Shown: one piece after another, positions 10,046-20,759 of the stretch
Position numbering within the stretch: the first letter of the stretch is position 1
Layout of the letters: each line of letters begins with the position of its first letter
Source of the DNA: Lachnospiraceae bacterium
GTDB taxonomy: Bacteria > Bacillota > Clostridia > Lachnospirales > Lachnospiraceae
Direction of reading: 5' to 3'
NCBI GenBank assembly: GCA_022774505.1
Contig: JALFLW010000079.1
Span: 158-64,157 of the forward strand
Length of the DNA: 64,000 nt
Program-made: the position numbers and the translations under genes
Notes under the pieces: generated by a model
What the model saw: only the letters and a program-made list of their open reading frames with translations
What the model was told of the DNA's origin: nothing
The model's database searches: none

Positions 10046-10339
10046 TCAATGCTGCTGTGATTTTCTGAAATTTCTCGACCCCTTGATCGGAATATTGGCC
10101 ATAACCGCATTTACCGGCATAGCTCCATCTTCTAATTCCATTTGTTTCACCTTAATATCAAGACCATCAACATCAATCTCAACATATTTTGAAATAACCT
10201 GAATGATCTCATTTTTCATCTGTTCCATGATTTCCGGCGAGCACACAGCCCGATCAGAGGTAATGGCTACCTTGAGACGATTTTTGGCATTTTCGCCACT
10301 CTTAACGTCACTCTTAAAAAAACTTGAGAAAAATCCCAT
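10046..10339 (-). CDS. minE: cell division topological specificity factor MinE
   Basis: 97 aa with an N-terminal amphipathic MGFFSSFFK. Immediately downstream of minD. Confidence 0.85.
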   Translation of the reverse strand: MGFFSSFFKSDVKSGENAKNRLKVAITSDRAVCSPEIMEQMKNEIIQVISKYVEIDVDGLDIKVKQMELEDGAMPVNAVMANIPIKGSRNFRKSQQH

Positions 10340-10409
10340 TCCAAACCTCCATCTACGCTACTGTTAGTATTTATACCGCAGCGAATTTATCTTGTATTAT
10401 GAATATATA

Positions 10410-11198
10410 CTATTTTTTTAATATAGAAGCCAATTTCTGGAATAAACCTTTTTTGGCTTCAAAGTCAATAAAGTCTACCTGCTCTCCTACAATACGCTTG
10501 CAAATATTCATATATGCCTGTCCTGCCATACAGTCAGAGCCAACAAGAGGTTCACCGTTATTGGCAGAAATTACAATATGCTCATCATCCGGAACCACAC
10601 CGATCAGATCAACTGCCAGAATTTCAACAACGTCATCACTTGACATCATATCTCCACTCTTGACCATATCCACTCTGAGCCTGTTTACGATCAAATGTGT
10701 CTGTGCGATCTCATTTGCCTCTAAGAGTCCGATGATACGATCAGCATCACGAACTGCAGAAACCTCAGGTGTCGTTACAACAAGTGCACGATCTGCCCCG
10801 GCGATCGCATTTTTAAATCCCTGCTCAATTCCAGCCGGACAATCCATCAGTATGTAATCAAATTCTTCCTTTAATTCATCTGCAAGCTTTTTCATCTGCT
10901 CCGGTGTTACCGCAGTTTTATCCTTTGTCTGTGCAGAAGGCAGCAGATAAAGATTCGGATACCGTTTATCCTTGATCAGTGCCTGTTTGATACGACAGTT
11001 ATTTTCTACAACATCCACCAGATTATATACGATCCGGTTCTCCAGTCCCATGATAACGTCAAGATTACGAAGTCCTATATCCGTGTCTATCAGCACGACC
11101 TTCTTTCCCATCATGGCAAGTCCGGTTCCTACATTGGCCGTTGTTGTTGTCTTTCCAACCCCGCCCTTTCCGGATGTGATCACAATAACCTCTCCCAT
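10410..11198 (-). CDS. minD: septum site-determining ATPase MinD
   Basis: Deviant Walker A SGKGGVGKTT. 262 aa with a C-terminal amphipathic helix (KKGLFQKLASILKK). Confidence 0.95.
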   Translation of the reverse strand: MGEVIVITSGKGGVGKTTTTANVGTGLAMMGKKVVLIDTDIGLRNLDVIMGLENRIVYNLVDVVENNCRIKQALIKDKRYPNLYLLPSAQTKDKTAVTPEQMKKLADELKEEFDYILMDCPAGIEQGFKNAIAGADRALVVTTPEVSAVRDADRIIGLLEANEIAQTHLIVNRLRVDMVKSGDMMSSDDVVEILAVDLIGVVPDDEHIVISANNGEPLVGSDCMAGQAYMNICKRIVGEQVDFIDFEAKKGLFQKLASILKK

Positions 11199-11309
11199 TT
11201 TTGTTTCCTCCTAATTATTAAAGTGTTAATCTATGATGTACTGCCTTTGCAGTGACATTTCTTTCACAAACTGTAGCAGATACCGGTCAGATACAATAAA
11301 GTCCCGGAT

Positions 11310-12035
11310 CTATGTCAAACGTATATCATTCATCACGTCTTTATCCAATGGCTCGATATATATATTTCCGTTCTCCCAGAATGCGATCTTTGTTTCTCTG
11401 GTCTTTTTGGAACGTCCGATCTTTTTTTCGTCCGGAGAACGTGCGATCGTATCGGCAATCCTTATCTGTACCGGCTTCATATCTAAGGCTATCACAAATG
11501 CGTCAACATTTCCAGCAGAACCGGCAAAAACATTTCCCTTTAAAGATCCCAAAATTATCACATTTCCCTTTGATACAACCTTTGCTCCGGCATTGACGTC
11601 TCCCAGAATGATAATACTGGTTTCCACATCAAGCACCTGTCCGGATCGCAGATTTCCTTTAAAGAAAAAGCCTGTCCCATTATCTGTCTGCAGCAGATTA
11701 TCTACTGTTTCCTGACTTGTGCCGGACTTTTTCTCCTGCCCTGTATTTTCCTTCACTGCATTCGCAAATGCATTTTCCCTTTCCGGATCATCATCAAGCA
11801 CACATACAATATCCAGACTACAGTTTTCGCGGATAATCCCCAGGATCTCCTCCTGCTGCTCTTCACTTAAGTCTCTCCCCTTAAATGCAATTGCCTTTTG
11901 GGCATTTCCCCAAAAATCCGAGGTGGATCGAAACTTCTCTGCAACCTGTTTTTTTAATTCTTCCCAGTCTGCCTCTGAATCCAATTTCAAAATAATACCG
12001 GATTTTGATCCTGTGATTTTAACATAATTTTCCAT
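11310..12035 (-). CDS. minC: septum site-determining protein MinC
   Basis: C-terminal beta-helix repeats (GDVNAGAKVVSKGNVIILGSLKGNVFAG). Upstream of minD. The start was set to the ATG after a ggag SD (MENYVKITG). Confidence 0.8.
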   Translation of the reverse strand: MENYVKITGSKSGIILKLDSEADWEELKKQVAEKFRSTSDFWGNAQKAIAFKGRDLSEEQQEEILGIIRENCSLDIVCVLDDDPERENAFANAVKENTGQEKKSGTSQETVDNLLQTDNGTGFFFKGNLRSGQVLDVETSIIILGDVNAGAKVVSKGNVIILGSLKGNVFAGSAGNVDAFVIALDMKPVQIRIADTIARSPDEKKIGRSKKTRETKIAFWENGNIYIEPLDKDVMNDIRLT

Positions 12036-12068
12036 GTCTTTACTCCAATTTCCATAACACAATATATT

Positions 12069-14951
12069 TTAATCATTTGTTCTTGCATAATTTCCAACAG
12101 AAGTTGCTTTACCGCCGGATACCTTCTTTTTGTTACCAAAATAATATTTATAAACATCTCTTGCACATTCCATCGCATAAGAAGATGTATAACCATTTGG
12201 TATTACACAGCTCACAGAAATCTTTGGATCGTTATATGGTCCATATGATAAAAAGTATGCATGGTTAGGATGAAGTGTATTCTGCTGGGCCGTACCTGTT
12301 TTTCCGGCAAATTTCTTTTTCAGCCCCTTGAATATGCTTCCATGCTCAGCACCATTAACAACACGGTACATTCCATTGTGTACGCTCTGCCAGGTCGAAG
12401 AAGCGATCTTTACTTTGTTCCGTACCTTGGCCGAATTATTTAAAACAGTCCGGCCCTTGACATCTTTTATCTTATCTACAAGTGTCAGATCATAGCATGT
12501 TCCGCTGTTGGCTACGGTTGTAACATATCTTGACAGCTGGATCGGTGCATATGCATGACTTCCCTGTCCAATTGCAGAACGGATAATATCAGATTTTGAA
12601 AACTGCGGAGAAGATTCTGTGATCTCTACACCTGATTTGTCTGTCAGCCCAAACATATCTGCATATTTTTTAAGCCGTGCCAGACCTGTGCTGTCATTCA
12701 CTCTTCCATTATGACCATTTCCCAGCCTGTATCCCATCTCATAAAAGAAAACGTTGCAGGAATGTTCCAATGCTCCGGCAACTGTCAGATTTCCATGGGA
12801 AGAGCTGCTCCAGCATCTTGGAGAACCATATGCAGGTGCTTTATTAAATACTACAGAGTCATATACTGTCCCTCCCGGTGAGATCACCCCTTCTTCCAGG
12901 GCAGCCACCGAAGATACCATTTTGAAAGTGGAACCCGGTGCTATTTCCTGCTGCGTAGGACGATTCAGCAAAGGAGATGCTGTATTATCCGTCAGGTACG
13001 TGTAAAAATAATCGGAATCTACCTGATTGGCCATTTTATTATTATCATAACTCGGATAAGTAACCATCGCTTTCACATCACCTGTATTGACATCCGTTAC
13101 GATAATAGATCCGGAACACGGATCCAGACCAAGCTGCCCCGGTGTGATCTCTAACTTTTTAATCTTTCGTATCAAAAAGGAATACGGTGAAGTGATCCCA
13201 TGTTTCACCTGAGTATACTCCTGTGCATTATATTTGATATCTCCCTGATCAAACAAAAGCAGACAGATATCCCGTCCTGATAACTCATAATGATAGATCA
13301 TATATCGGTAGATCATCTTGGTAAACGTATTATCATTTTCTAATAAATCCACCCCATAGTCAACCAGTTTTTTATAAATTTCCTGCGTACTGTAAAAGTC
13401 ATTACCAATATTTAATTTGTCCAGATCGATCCACTGCTGCGAAATCGCATACTGCAGATATTTACTCAGGCTTAAAGTCCCCTTGGAATAACTCCTGTAG
13501 GTTTCATCAGATGTGTCAACTACTTTTTTATCACTTGCATCTGAACTTTTTGTGATCACAATAGAATTTTCCTTTAATATCTGATAAAAATAGTCCAAAA
13601 AATCATTCATATCAGACGATATTTTTTTCGAAGAAGCCTTGCTCTCCGCAGATAACAGACTTCGCATTTTACGGATGATCCTTTTTTTTCTGGCTTTATA
13701 CTTTTTTAATGTACTTTTTTCAAGTGCAGAGGCATCATCATCATTAAACCGCTCTACATTTACAATGTTATTTTCTATGACAGCATTGTATACATCATAT
13801 ATCGGCACCCTGATATCCTTCGTTGACTTTCCTCTTGTACCGGCATCCATGCTATTATTGATGTTGGAGATCAAGATCCCGGCAATACGCTCCTCCAGCA
13901 AATGGTAGCATTCCTCCTGAAGCTTTGCATCAATCGTCAGATACAGATCATTTCCCGCAACAGGATCTTTCGTCGTTTTCTCTGAAAGGATCCGGCTGGT
14001 TCCACCATCAACGGTAATCTCCTTACTCCCCTTTGTTCCTCTGAGATATTCCTCATACGTACTCTCAAGACCTGATATACCGATCTGATCATCTGCAGAG
14101 TATACCGCCTTCTTTTTGTCTTTATTTAATTCTTCCAGTTTTTCAGCCGAGATCGAACCTGTATATCCCAGCATATGGGCAAAATATTTGCTCTTTTTGT
14201 ATACACGCGAGGTATTCTGATCGATGTCAACGCCAGGAAGAAGTCCGCTGTTTTCTTTAACAGCAGCCACCGTCTTCTGATCCACATTTTTGGAAATCAC
14301 GATATCCTGAAATTTCATATACCGGTTAATAAACATGGCATAACGGACCGTCATGATATCTAATGCCATATTCTTTTCATACGAAGACGCAATTTCGAAT
14401 TTTTTTATCAGATAATCATACATTTCCTGCGGTGTAGTATCCTTTTGTTCCTGCGTAAGTGCTTTCACGCCTCCCTGCAGAGAAAAAGCGTCTGCAAAGA
14501 AACGTTCCAGTGTTTTCCCTTCGACCTGATACTCCAATTTCCCGTGTTTATTATATTGCAGATAATATTCTACAGAAAGCTCATTATCATTCTTTTGCAA
14601 TATGTAGAGCAGACGGTAGATCATGTTGTTCTTTTCTTCATTTGTCATATCTGTCAGCTTGGAGGTTTCCGAAAATACAACATTATATGACAATTTATTG
14701 TAAGCAAGAAGCTTCCCGTTGCAGTCATAAATATTTCCACGGGTTGCCTTTATATCTTTCTCTTTGATCGTATTACTGGCACCACTTGCGATAATATTGT
14801 CCCTGTCAACGATCTGAATCTCAAACATACGATTTACCAAAATAGAAAAGAGAATCACAAAAACAACCGTAACCGGCAATAATCTGGAATTAAAAAATAT
14901 TTTTAGATATTCTTTCAAATTGTCTAACACGCTTTTCTCTCCTTTCTGCAA
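12069..14951 (-). CDS. mrdA: class B penicillin-binding protein 2 (elongasome transpeptidase), long clostridial form
   Basis: 960 aa with an N-terminal TM anchor. Transpeptidase motifs GSTFK (SxxK), HSCN (SxN) and KTGTA (KTG). Located after mreBCD. Confidence 0.85.
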   Translation of the reverse strand: MQKGEKSVLDNLKEYLKIFFNSRLLPVTVVFVILFSILVNRMFEIQIVDRDNIIASGASNTIKEKDIKATRGNIYDCNGKLLAYNKLSYNVVFSETSKLTDMTNEEKNNMIYRLLYILQKNDNELSVEYYLQYNKHGKLEYQVEGKTLERFFADAFSLQGGVKALTQEQKDTTPQEMYDYLIKKFEIASSYEKNMALDIMTVRYAMFINRYMKFQDIVISKNVDQKTVAAVKENSGLLPGVDIDQNTSRVYKKSKYFAHMLGYTGSISAEKLEELNKDKKKAVYSADDQIGISGLESTYEEYLRGTKGSKEITVDGGTSRILSEKTTKDPVAGNDLYLTIDAKLQEECYHLLEERIAGILISNINNSMDAGTRGKSTKDIRVPIYDVYNAVIENNIVNVERFNDDDASALEKSTLKKYKARKKRIIRKMRSLLSAESKASSKKISSDMNDFLDYFYQILKENSIVITKSSDASDKKVVDTSDETYRSYSKGTLSLSKYLQYAISQQWIDLDKLNIGNDFYSTQEIYKKLVDYGVDLLENDNTFTKMIYRYMIYHYELSGRDICLLLFDQGDIKYNAQEYTQVKHGITSPYSFLIRKIKKLEITPGQLGLDPCSGSIIVTDVNTGDVKAMVTYPSYDNNKMANQVDSDYFYTYLTDNTASPLLNRPTQQEIAPGSTFKMVSSVAALEEGVISPGGTVYDSVVFNKAPAYGSPRCWSSSSHGNLTVAGALEHSCNVFFYEMGYRLGNGHNGRVNDSTGLARLKKYADMFGLTDKSGVEITESSPQFSKSDIIRSAIGQGSHAYAPIQLSRYVTTVANSGTCYDLTLVDKIKDVKGRTVLNNSAKVRNKVKIASSTWQSVHNGMYRVVNGAEHGSIFKGLKKKFAGKTGTAQQNTLHPNHAYFLSYGPYNDPKISVSCVIPNGYTSSYAMECARDVYKYYFGNKKKVSGGKATSVGNYARTND

Positions 14952-14953
14952 AA

Positions 14954-15496
14954 TCAGATAATCTTTTCCCGATCCATCTCAATATGCTCCTCCAAAGCAA
15001 CCTTTTCCTCCGGATTAAAATGCTCTTTGATCCGACGCATAACCATATAGATCAATACACCTACTATTGTTGTATACACTGCCTCCGGTATCATGACATG
15101 CATAAGATAAAACAGAAAATCCATTCTTCCGCGGAGCATAAACCGGCAGCCATAATAAAGTGTGCCATATGCCATATCACTCAAAACAATCGTGACAACG
15201 GGAATATAAAGCTTGTCTTTAAAATAGAGCTTATTAGCCATGCCATTCACATATCCTATAAAGGCATAGATCAGTATCATAAGTCCGATCACCGTGTTAA
15301 ACATGGAGTCCACCAAAAGTCCGCCGATCACTCCCGAAAACATTCCAAGGCGTCTGCCATACATAAGACCGGAAGCCGCTGTTATCATAATGAGAATATT
15401 CGGTGTCACTCCTCCCAGATGAAAATGGCGGAATAACGTGGTCTGCAAAACAAAACATATGATATTCAAAAGCAACAGATAAATATAACGTCTCAA
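14954..15496 (-). CDS. mreD: rod shape-determining protein MreD
   Basis: 180-aa polytopic hydrophobic ORF. It overlaps the mreC stop by 4 nt and holds the canonical position after mreC. Confidence 0.75.
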   Translation of the reverse strand: MRRYIYLLLLNIICFVLQTTLFRHFHLGGVTPNILIMITAASGLMYGRRLGMFSGVIGGLLVDSMFNTVIGLMILIYAFIGYVNGMANKLYFKDKLYIPVVTIVLSDMAYGTLYYGCRFMLRGRMDFLFYLMHVMIPEAVYTTIVGVLIYMVMRRIKEHFNPEEKVALEEHIEMDREKII

Positions 15497-16356
15497 TTTA
15501 AAATAGCCTCCAAATCTCCGGAATCCTTTACCTCTGTAATAACAAGCACCATATCAAGCCCCGAAAAATCTGCTGCCGGTGTCAGATGAGCTGACTTCGT
15601 AATATTCGAGGAATCCGTTTTAATATCTCTGGCATATCCGATAAGGATCCCCGGAAGATATTTATCACTGACCGGTGATGTTACCACCTCATAGCCTTCC
15701 TTGATCTTTGCATCTGCAGGAATTCCCGTAATATCTACCATCCCTTTATTGATCAGCTTCAAATTCCCATTCACAAAGCACATATCTGATGTTTTCAGGA
15801 AAGAGCCCGTCACGCTGCTTTCATCATCAATGATAGACCGTACTCTTGCATAGGATTTATTAACTTCTGTGACTATACCGACCAGACCGTCTCCCGCCAA
15901 TACGTTCATATTGACTTTCAATCCGTTATCGGATCCCTTGTCAATAACAAAACTGTTAAACCAGTTGCCATCACTGCTGATGACATGCGCCGCAACCTTA
16001 GGATAATCAGAATATTTTTCATCAAGATCATACAGCTTACGAAAATCATCAAGATCATACTTGTCCTGCTGAAGAAGGCGGTTCTGAGCAGACATCTCAT
16101 CCAGCTGCTCCTTCAGACTGTTATTTTCTTTTACCAGTTTTTTCACCGTTGTCGCGTAATCCAATCCATCCGCAACCACAAGACCGACCTTATTGATTCC
16201 GCGCTGCATCGGGGTTATAACGCTTCCTACAGCAGTGCGTATCGGTGTCATTTTGTCCTGAAAGCGGAAAGAAACAATGATCAACGCCACACAAACGATC
16301 GCTATCGTCATTAAAATATATTTCGGATCTAATGTGATTTTTGTCCGTTTACGCAT
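15493..16356 (-). CDS. mreC: rod shape-determining protein MreC
   Basis: 287 aa with an N-terminal TM helix, a coiled coil (ENNSLKEQLDEMSAQNRLL) and a beta-rich C-terminal domain. It lies between mreB and mreD. Confidence 0.85.
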   Translation of the reverse strand: MRKRTKITLDPKYILMTIAIVCVALIIVSFRFQDKMTPIRTAVGSVITPMQRGINKVGLVVADGLDYATTVKKLVKENNSLKEQLDEMSAQNRLLQQDKYDLDDFRKLYDLDEKYSDYPKVAAHVISSDGNWFNSFVIDKGSDNGLKVNMNVLAGDGLVGIVTEVNKSYARVRSIIDDESSVTGSFLKTSDMCFVNGNLKLINKGMVDITGIPADAKIKEGYEVVTSPVSDKYLPGILIGYARDIKTDSSNITKSAHLTPAADFSGLDMVLVITEVKDSGDLEAILN

Positions 16357-16395
16357 TCCTACAACTCCTTCATATTTTGATAAATACTATCTATC

Positions 16396-17421
16396 CTATT
16401 CCTTTATACTTTTTAACGGTATGCTGTACTTTGCTGCAATTTTCGGATGCTCGGCCAGATAACCGAGTCCGGTGACGACCGTTCTCTGTGCATGCTTTGT
16501 TGTATTCACCTTATATCTGGTTTCATTTGCAACAAGCTGATCCATTCCCCTGATCCAGGATGATCCTCCTGTCAGATATATTCCACCGTTTTCAATTTCT
16601 GATGCTATCTCCGGCGGTGTTCTTTCAAGCATAGAGCGTACCGATGCCGATATTGTTAAAAACACTCCCTGTACCAGCGGGAATATCTCTGCTGATGAAA
16701 TTGTGACCTCTCCCGGAAGTCCCTTGACAATATTTCTTCCCACCACTGTAACCTTTTCATCTACCGGCACTGCAGAAACAAGCGTTTTTTTGATCTGCTC
16801 CGCACTTTTTCGTCCAATGACGAAATTATGTTCTTTCCGGACATGATTGATGATCTGTTCATCAAAATAATTTCCTCCATACGGCAGCAGTTTGGATACT
16901 ACGATACCTCCCAGTGATAATACAGAGATTTCCGTAGTATCTGCCCCTACATTTACGATCATGATACCTCTTGATTTTTCTACATCCAGATTCAGACCGA
17001 TCGCATCAGCGATTGGCTTATGGATCAAAAATACTTTATGCGGTTTACTTTCACTTTCTGATACCACACGGGAATATGCATTTTTATCTACCTCGCGTAT
17101 ATCCGCAGGTACTGCTATGTAAAAATCAGCATTTTTTAATTTACGTTTCCCTGAAATCTTTGTCAGCATAAAATTCCACAAAGAAATCATATCTCCCATC
17201 TGCGCGATGACTCCGTTCTCTAATGGAAAAGAGACCTTTATATTAGGTGGAACCTTTTCAAACATCTCATACGCCTTATCTCCGATGGCGACCGGACGCT
17301 GCATTGCTCCTTTTCCCACCGTGGCAACTACTGTCCTTTCATTTAAGATGATACCGTCTGATTTTTTATATACTTTAACCGTACCCGTTCCAAAATCAAT
17401 GCCATATGTTTTATGTGCCAT
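16396..17421 (-). CDS. mreB: actin-like rod shape protein MreB/Mbl
   Basis: 341 aa. Actin-fold phosphate-1 motif GIDFGTGTVKVY, VNVGADTTEISV, and YLTGGSS (phosphate 2). Confidence 0.85.
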   Translation of the reverse strand: MAHKTYGIDFGTGTVKVYKKSDGIILNERTVVATVGKGAMQRPVAIGDKAYEMFEKVPPNIKVSFPLENGVIAQMGDMISLWNFMLTKISGKRKLKNADFYIAVPADIREVDKNAYSRVVSESESKPHKVFLIHKPIADAIGLNLDVEKSRGIMIVNVGADTTEISVLSLGGIVVSKLLPYGGNYFDEQIINHVRKEHNFVIGRKSAEQIKKTLVSAVPVDEKVTVVGRNIVKGLPGEVTISSAEIFPLVQGVFLTISASVRSMLERTPPEIASEIENGGIYLTGGSSWIRGMDQLVANETRYKVNTTKHAQRTVVTGLGYLAEHPKIAAKYSIPLKSIKE

Positions 17422-17459
17422 TGGAATACTCCCTTCTGGTAACTTTCTGTCTGACTCTC

Positions 17460-18191
17460 CTACAAATATCCGCTCTCCCGAAAACTGATATAACGGTTAT
17501 CGCCTATCACGATATGATCTAACAGGGTGATTCCTATCATCTGTCCAATGTCAGATACACGCTTTGTCATAACCATATCCTCTCTGCTCGGCGTAGGATC
17601 ACCGGACGGATGATTATGAAGAAGAATAATATTTACTGCCTTATTTTTAATCGCATTATAAAAAATCTCGCGCGGAGCAGCCATTGATGAATTAAAAGAG
17701 CCATTTGAAATAACAATTTCTCCGCGCATGGCATTTTTCCCGTCAAGAACGAGCATCAACACCTGTTCTGTCTCCAAATAACGCATCTGCGGTAAATAAT
17801 ATGCCGCTATCTGCTCCGGCTCATTACACTGCAGTCTGGAAACAGGTATCCTGGAACGAACCATGCGTTTTGAAAATTCAGCCATACATTTCAATTGAAC
17901 TGCCTTAACCGGTCCTATACCACGGATTTCCTGAAGCTGGGCCAGTGATATGTGAAACAATCCTCCCAGATGCCTTTCCGGAAGGCTGCAAAGAACCCTG
18001 TCTGCCAGATCAACTGCCTTCTCTCCCTGACTCCCGGTCCTTATCACAACAGCAAGCAGTTCACTGTCTGACAATGCCTCCGGACCATACCGGACACATT
18101 TTTCATAGGGCCGTTCAGATACCGGAAGCTCTTTCATCCGGATCTTTTCTGCCGTATTCTCTCCATAATCGTTATTTCTTTTTTTATCCAT
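17460..18191 (-). CDS. radC: RadC-family JAB-domain protein
   Basis: HhH-like N-half (ELLAVVIRTGS) and JAMM motif HNHPSGDPTPSREDM. Classical radC-mreB linkage. The start was trimmed to MDKK. Confidence 0.85.
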   Translation of the reverse strand: MDKKRNNDYGENTAEKIRMKELPVSERPYEKCVRYGPEALSDSELLAVVIRTGSQGEKAVDLADRVLCSLPERHLGGLFHISLAQLQEIRGIGPVKAVQLKCMAEFSKRMVRSRIPVSRLQCNEPEQIAAYYLPQMRYLETEQVLMLVLDGKNAMRGEIVISNGSFNSSMAAPREIFYNAIKNKAVNIILLHNHPSGDPTPSREDMVMTKRVSDIGQMIGITLLDHIVIGDNRYISFRESGYL

Positions 18192-18367
18192 AGCAGCCTC
18201 CATTCTGAAGGCTTCCCCTGCAAGCTGCAAAACTATCCCTTCTCTCGCCTTTTACAGCTCTACATCATTACATGGTATCATAAAATCTCTTTTTTGTATA
18301 GAACCATCTTTGGTAAGAATTGTGATTTATTCATGACATTTTTATAAATTTTTCTACAAAAATCCTC

Positions 18368-19657
18368 TTATTTAAGAGACACGATTCCCTCTTTTTTTAG
18401 ATATTCTAACGACATCATAATACCAAATTTCGCATGATACCAGGTAAGTCCTCCCTGAAAATATACCGCATATGGCGGCTCGATCGGTCCGTCTGCACTT
18501 AATTCGATGGAAGATCCCTGCACAAAAGCTCCGGCAGCCATGATCACATCACTATGATATCCCGGCATCGCATATGGTTCCGGTGCAACATGACTGTCTA
18601 CCGGAGATCCGGCCTGAATCCCCTTGCAGAAGGCGATCACACCTTCCGCAGATCCCAGTGTAACTGCCTGGATAATATCATGACGTGTCTCCGTACTGTC
18701 CGGTACCACTTCAAACCCAAGTCGTTCGTATATATTAGCCGCAAAGATAGCCCCCTTTAATGCCGATGCCGCCACACATGGTGCCATAAAAAAGCCTTGA
18801 AAAAAGGAACGGTTTAATCCCAATGTAGCCCCCACTTCCTTGCCAAGGCCCGGTGCAGTCAGACGGTATGCACACATGTCAATGAGATCCTTTCTTCCAA
18901 CAATATATCCGCCGATCGGTGCCAGACCACCTCCCGGATTCTTGATCAGAGAACCCACGCACATATCCGCTCCAACCTGCGTTGGTTCTATACGCTCTAC
19001 AAACTCTCCATAGCAATTATCCACCATACAGATCACATCCGGACGTATCGACTTAACAAAAGAGATCAGTTCCCCTATCCGTTCCACGGACAAAGTCGGC
19101 CTTGTGGCATATCCCTTAGAACGCTGGATCGTCACAAGCTTTGTATGCGGATTTAACGCTTTCTTTATCCCCTCAAGATCAAAACTGCCATCTTTCTTTA
19201 AATCCACCTGACGATATTTTACCCCAAATTCTTTTAGCGATCCCGGTGCAGCATTTTCCCCGATACCAATAACTCCTTCTAAAGTATCATACGGTTTTCC
19301 TACCGGTGAGAGCAGTTCATCCCCCGGACGCAGATTCGCTGAAAGTGCTACCGTAAGTGCATGCGTACCACATGTCAGCTGTGGACGCACCAATGCCGAT
19401 TCTGCCTCAAACACAGAGGCATAAACTTCCTCCAGCACCTCTCTTCCCAGGTCATCATAACCATATCCTGTAGAAGACTCAAAACATCCCGCACTGACTT
19501 TATGCTTCTGCATAGCCCGCAAAACCTTCATCTGATTGTATTCTGCCGTTTTGTCAATCTCCTCAAAACGCTCTTTGAGATTTTTCTCTATACCACTGCA
19601 AAAACCGTATACCTCATCACTGACTCCCGCTTCCTTATACATATTTTGTAATTCCAT
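18368..19657 (-). CDS. PLP-dependent methionine gamma-lyase-family protein (YnbB / 'aluminium resistance' family)
   Basis: 429 aa, fold-type I PLP enzyme-like, with SLIKNPGG around the presumed PLP lysine. Family assignment is from memory of PF06838-type sequences. Confidence 0.6.
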   Translation of the reverse strand: MELQNMYKEAGVSDEVYGFCSGIEKNLKERFEEIDKTAEYNQMKVLRAMQKHKVSAGCFESSTGYGYDDLGREVLEEVYASVFEAESALVRPQLTCGTHALTVALSANLRPGDELLSPVGKPYDTLEGVIGIGENAAPGSLKEFGVKYRQVDLKKDGSFDLEGIKKALNPHTKLVTIQRSKGYATRPTLSVERIGELISFVKSIRPDVICMVDNCYGEFVERIEPTQVGADMCVGSLIKNPGGGLAPIGGYIVGRKDLIDMCAYRLTAPGLGKEVGATLGLNRSFFQGFFMAPCVAASALKGAIFAANIYERLGFEVVPDSTETRHDIIQAVTLGSAEGVIAFCKGIQAGSPVDSHVAPEPYAMPGYHSDVIMAAGAFVQGSSIELSADGPIEPPYAVYFQGGLTWYHAKFGIMMSLEYLKKEGIVSLK

Positions 19658-19721
19658 TTCTTTATCCTCTTTTCTCTTCTTTTTCTGTCTGATCGCAGTA
19701 TATTTTCATGCAGATTACATA

Positions 19722-20684
19722 TCATGTCTGTTTTATATCAAAGCGATCCTGTATCTGGCCTGCACAAACCCTTAAGATTGCCTCTTCATCTTCATAATCC
19801 TCTTTATGGATCCAGGTGACCGCACGTTCACGGCGAAACCATGTAAACTGCCTTTTCGCAAAATGCCTTGTTTCCAGTTTAATCTTTTCAAAAGCTTCAT
19901 CTACTGTACATTTTCCTGCATACGCATCCAGAATCTCCTTATATCCAAGCCCCTGCATAGAAATCATATCACGGGTGCATCCCATGGACTCCAGACGTCT
20001 GACCTCTTCCAAAAGACCATTCTGCCTCATCTGATCTACCCGCTGATCGATCCGCTGATACAAAATTTCCCGCGGAAGACTCAATACATAATAAATAAAA
20101 TCATAGGGGGATTCTTTTTGCCTCTGTGTTTTATTATGATCCGATATCTTTTGTCCTGTCTGATGATAATATTCTAATGCACGAATTACTTTTTTTATAT
20201 TATTGGGATGGATCTGCTCTGCCGATTCCGGATCAACTGCTGCCAGTTCCTTGTGGAGCCTTTCTCCTCCCTCCAGTGCCGCCCTATGTTCAAGGCTTTT
20301 TCGATATAAGGTATCCGCTTCATTTTGGGTAAAATCTATATCATATAAAACAGACTGGATATAAAACCCTGTTCCTCCGACCAGAATAGGTATCTTTCCT
20401 TTTGCATAAATCTTCTCCATATATTTTTTACAAAGCTGCTGAAAGATAACGACATTAAATTCTTCCCATGGCTCCAGCTCATCTATCAGATAATGAAAAA
20501 CTCCGCCCATCTCATCTCTTGATATCTTTGCCGTTCCTATATCCATTCCCTTATATACCTGCATGGAATCTGCCGATATGATTTCTCCTCCCACAGCCTT
20601 TGCCAGATTAACGGACAATGCAGTCTTTCCCACAGCCGTAGGTCCCGTCAGAACGATCAATGGCCTTTTTTTCTCACTCATCAC
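19722..20684 (-). CDS. miaA: tRNA dimethylallyltransferase
   Basis: P-loop GPTAVGKTALS, then SADSMQVYKGMDIGTAK. Downstream of mutL as in most Firmicutes. Confidence 0.9.
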   Translation of the reverse strand: MMSEKKRPLIVLTGPTAVGKTALSVNLAKAVGGEIISADSMQVYKGMDIGTAKISRDEMGGVFHYLIDELEPWEEFNVVIFQQLCKKYMEKIYAKGKIPILVGGTGFYIQSVLYDIDFTQNEADTLYRKSLEHRAALEGGERLHKELAAVDPESAEQIHPNNIKKVIRALEYYHQTGQKISDHNKTQRQKESPYDFIYYVLSLPREILYQRIDQRVDQMRQNGLLEEVRRLESMGCTRDMISMQGLGYKEILDAYAGKCTVDEAFEKIKLETRHFAKRQFTWFRRERAVTWIHKEDYEDEEAILRVCAGQIQDRFDIKQT

Positions 20685-20759
20685 TTCCGCCTTCCTAATC
20701 CATCAGATTTTTGTGCAAATCATAACCTGCCTCTGAATTTTTCCTGATTAAATACTCTT

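Noticed and set aside
12069-14951. PBP2 is about 300 aa longer than the E. coli or Bacillus enzymes because of an insertion between the N-terminal pedestal and the transpeptidase domain.
   Set aside because: From memory, long (~900-1000 aa) elongation-specific class B PBPs are normal in Clostridia, so this is probably lineage-typical rather than novel.
19658-19721. Expected hfq downstream of miaA (the common mutS-mutL-miaA-hfq order).
   Set aside because: Only a 64-bp gap precedes the YnbB-like PLP enzyme gene and no Sm-like ORF is present. Absence from the window says nothing about the rest of the genome.
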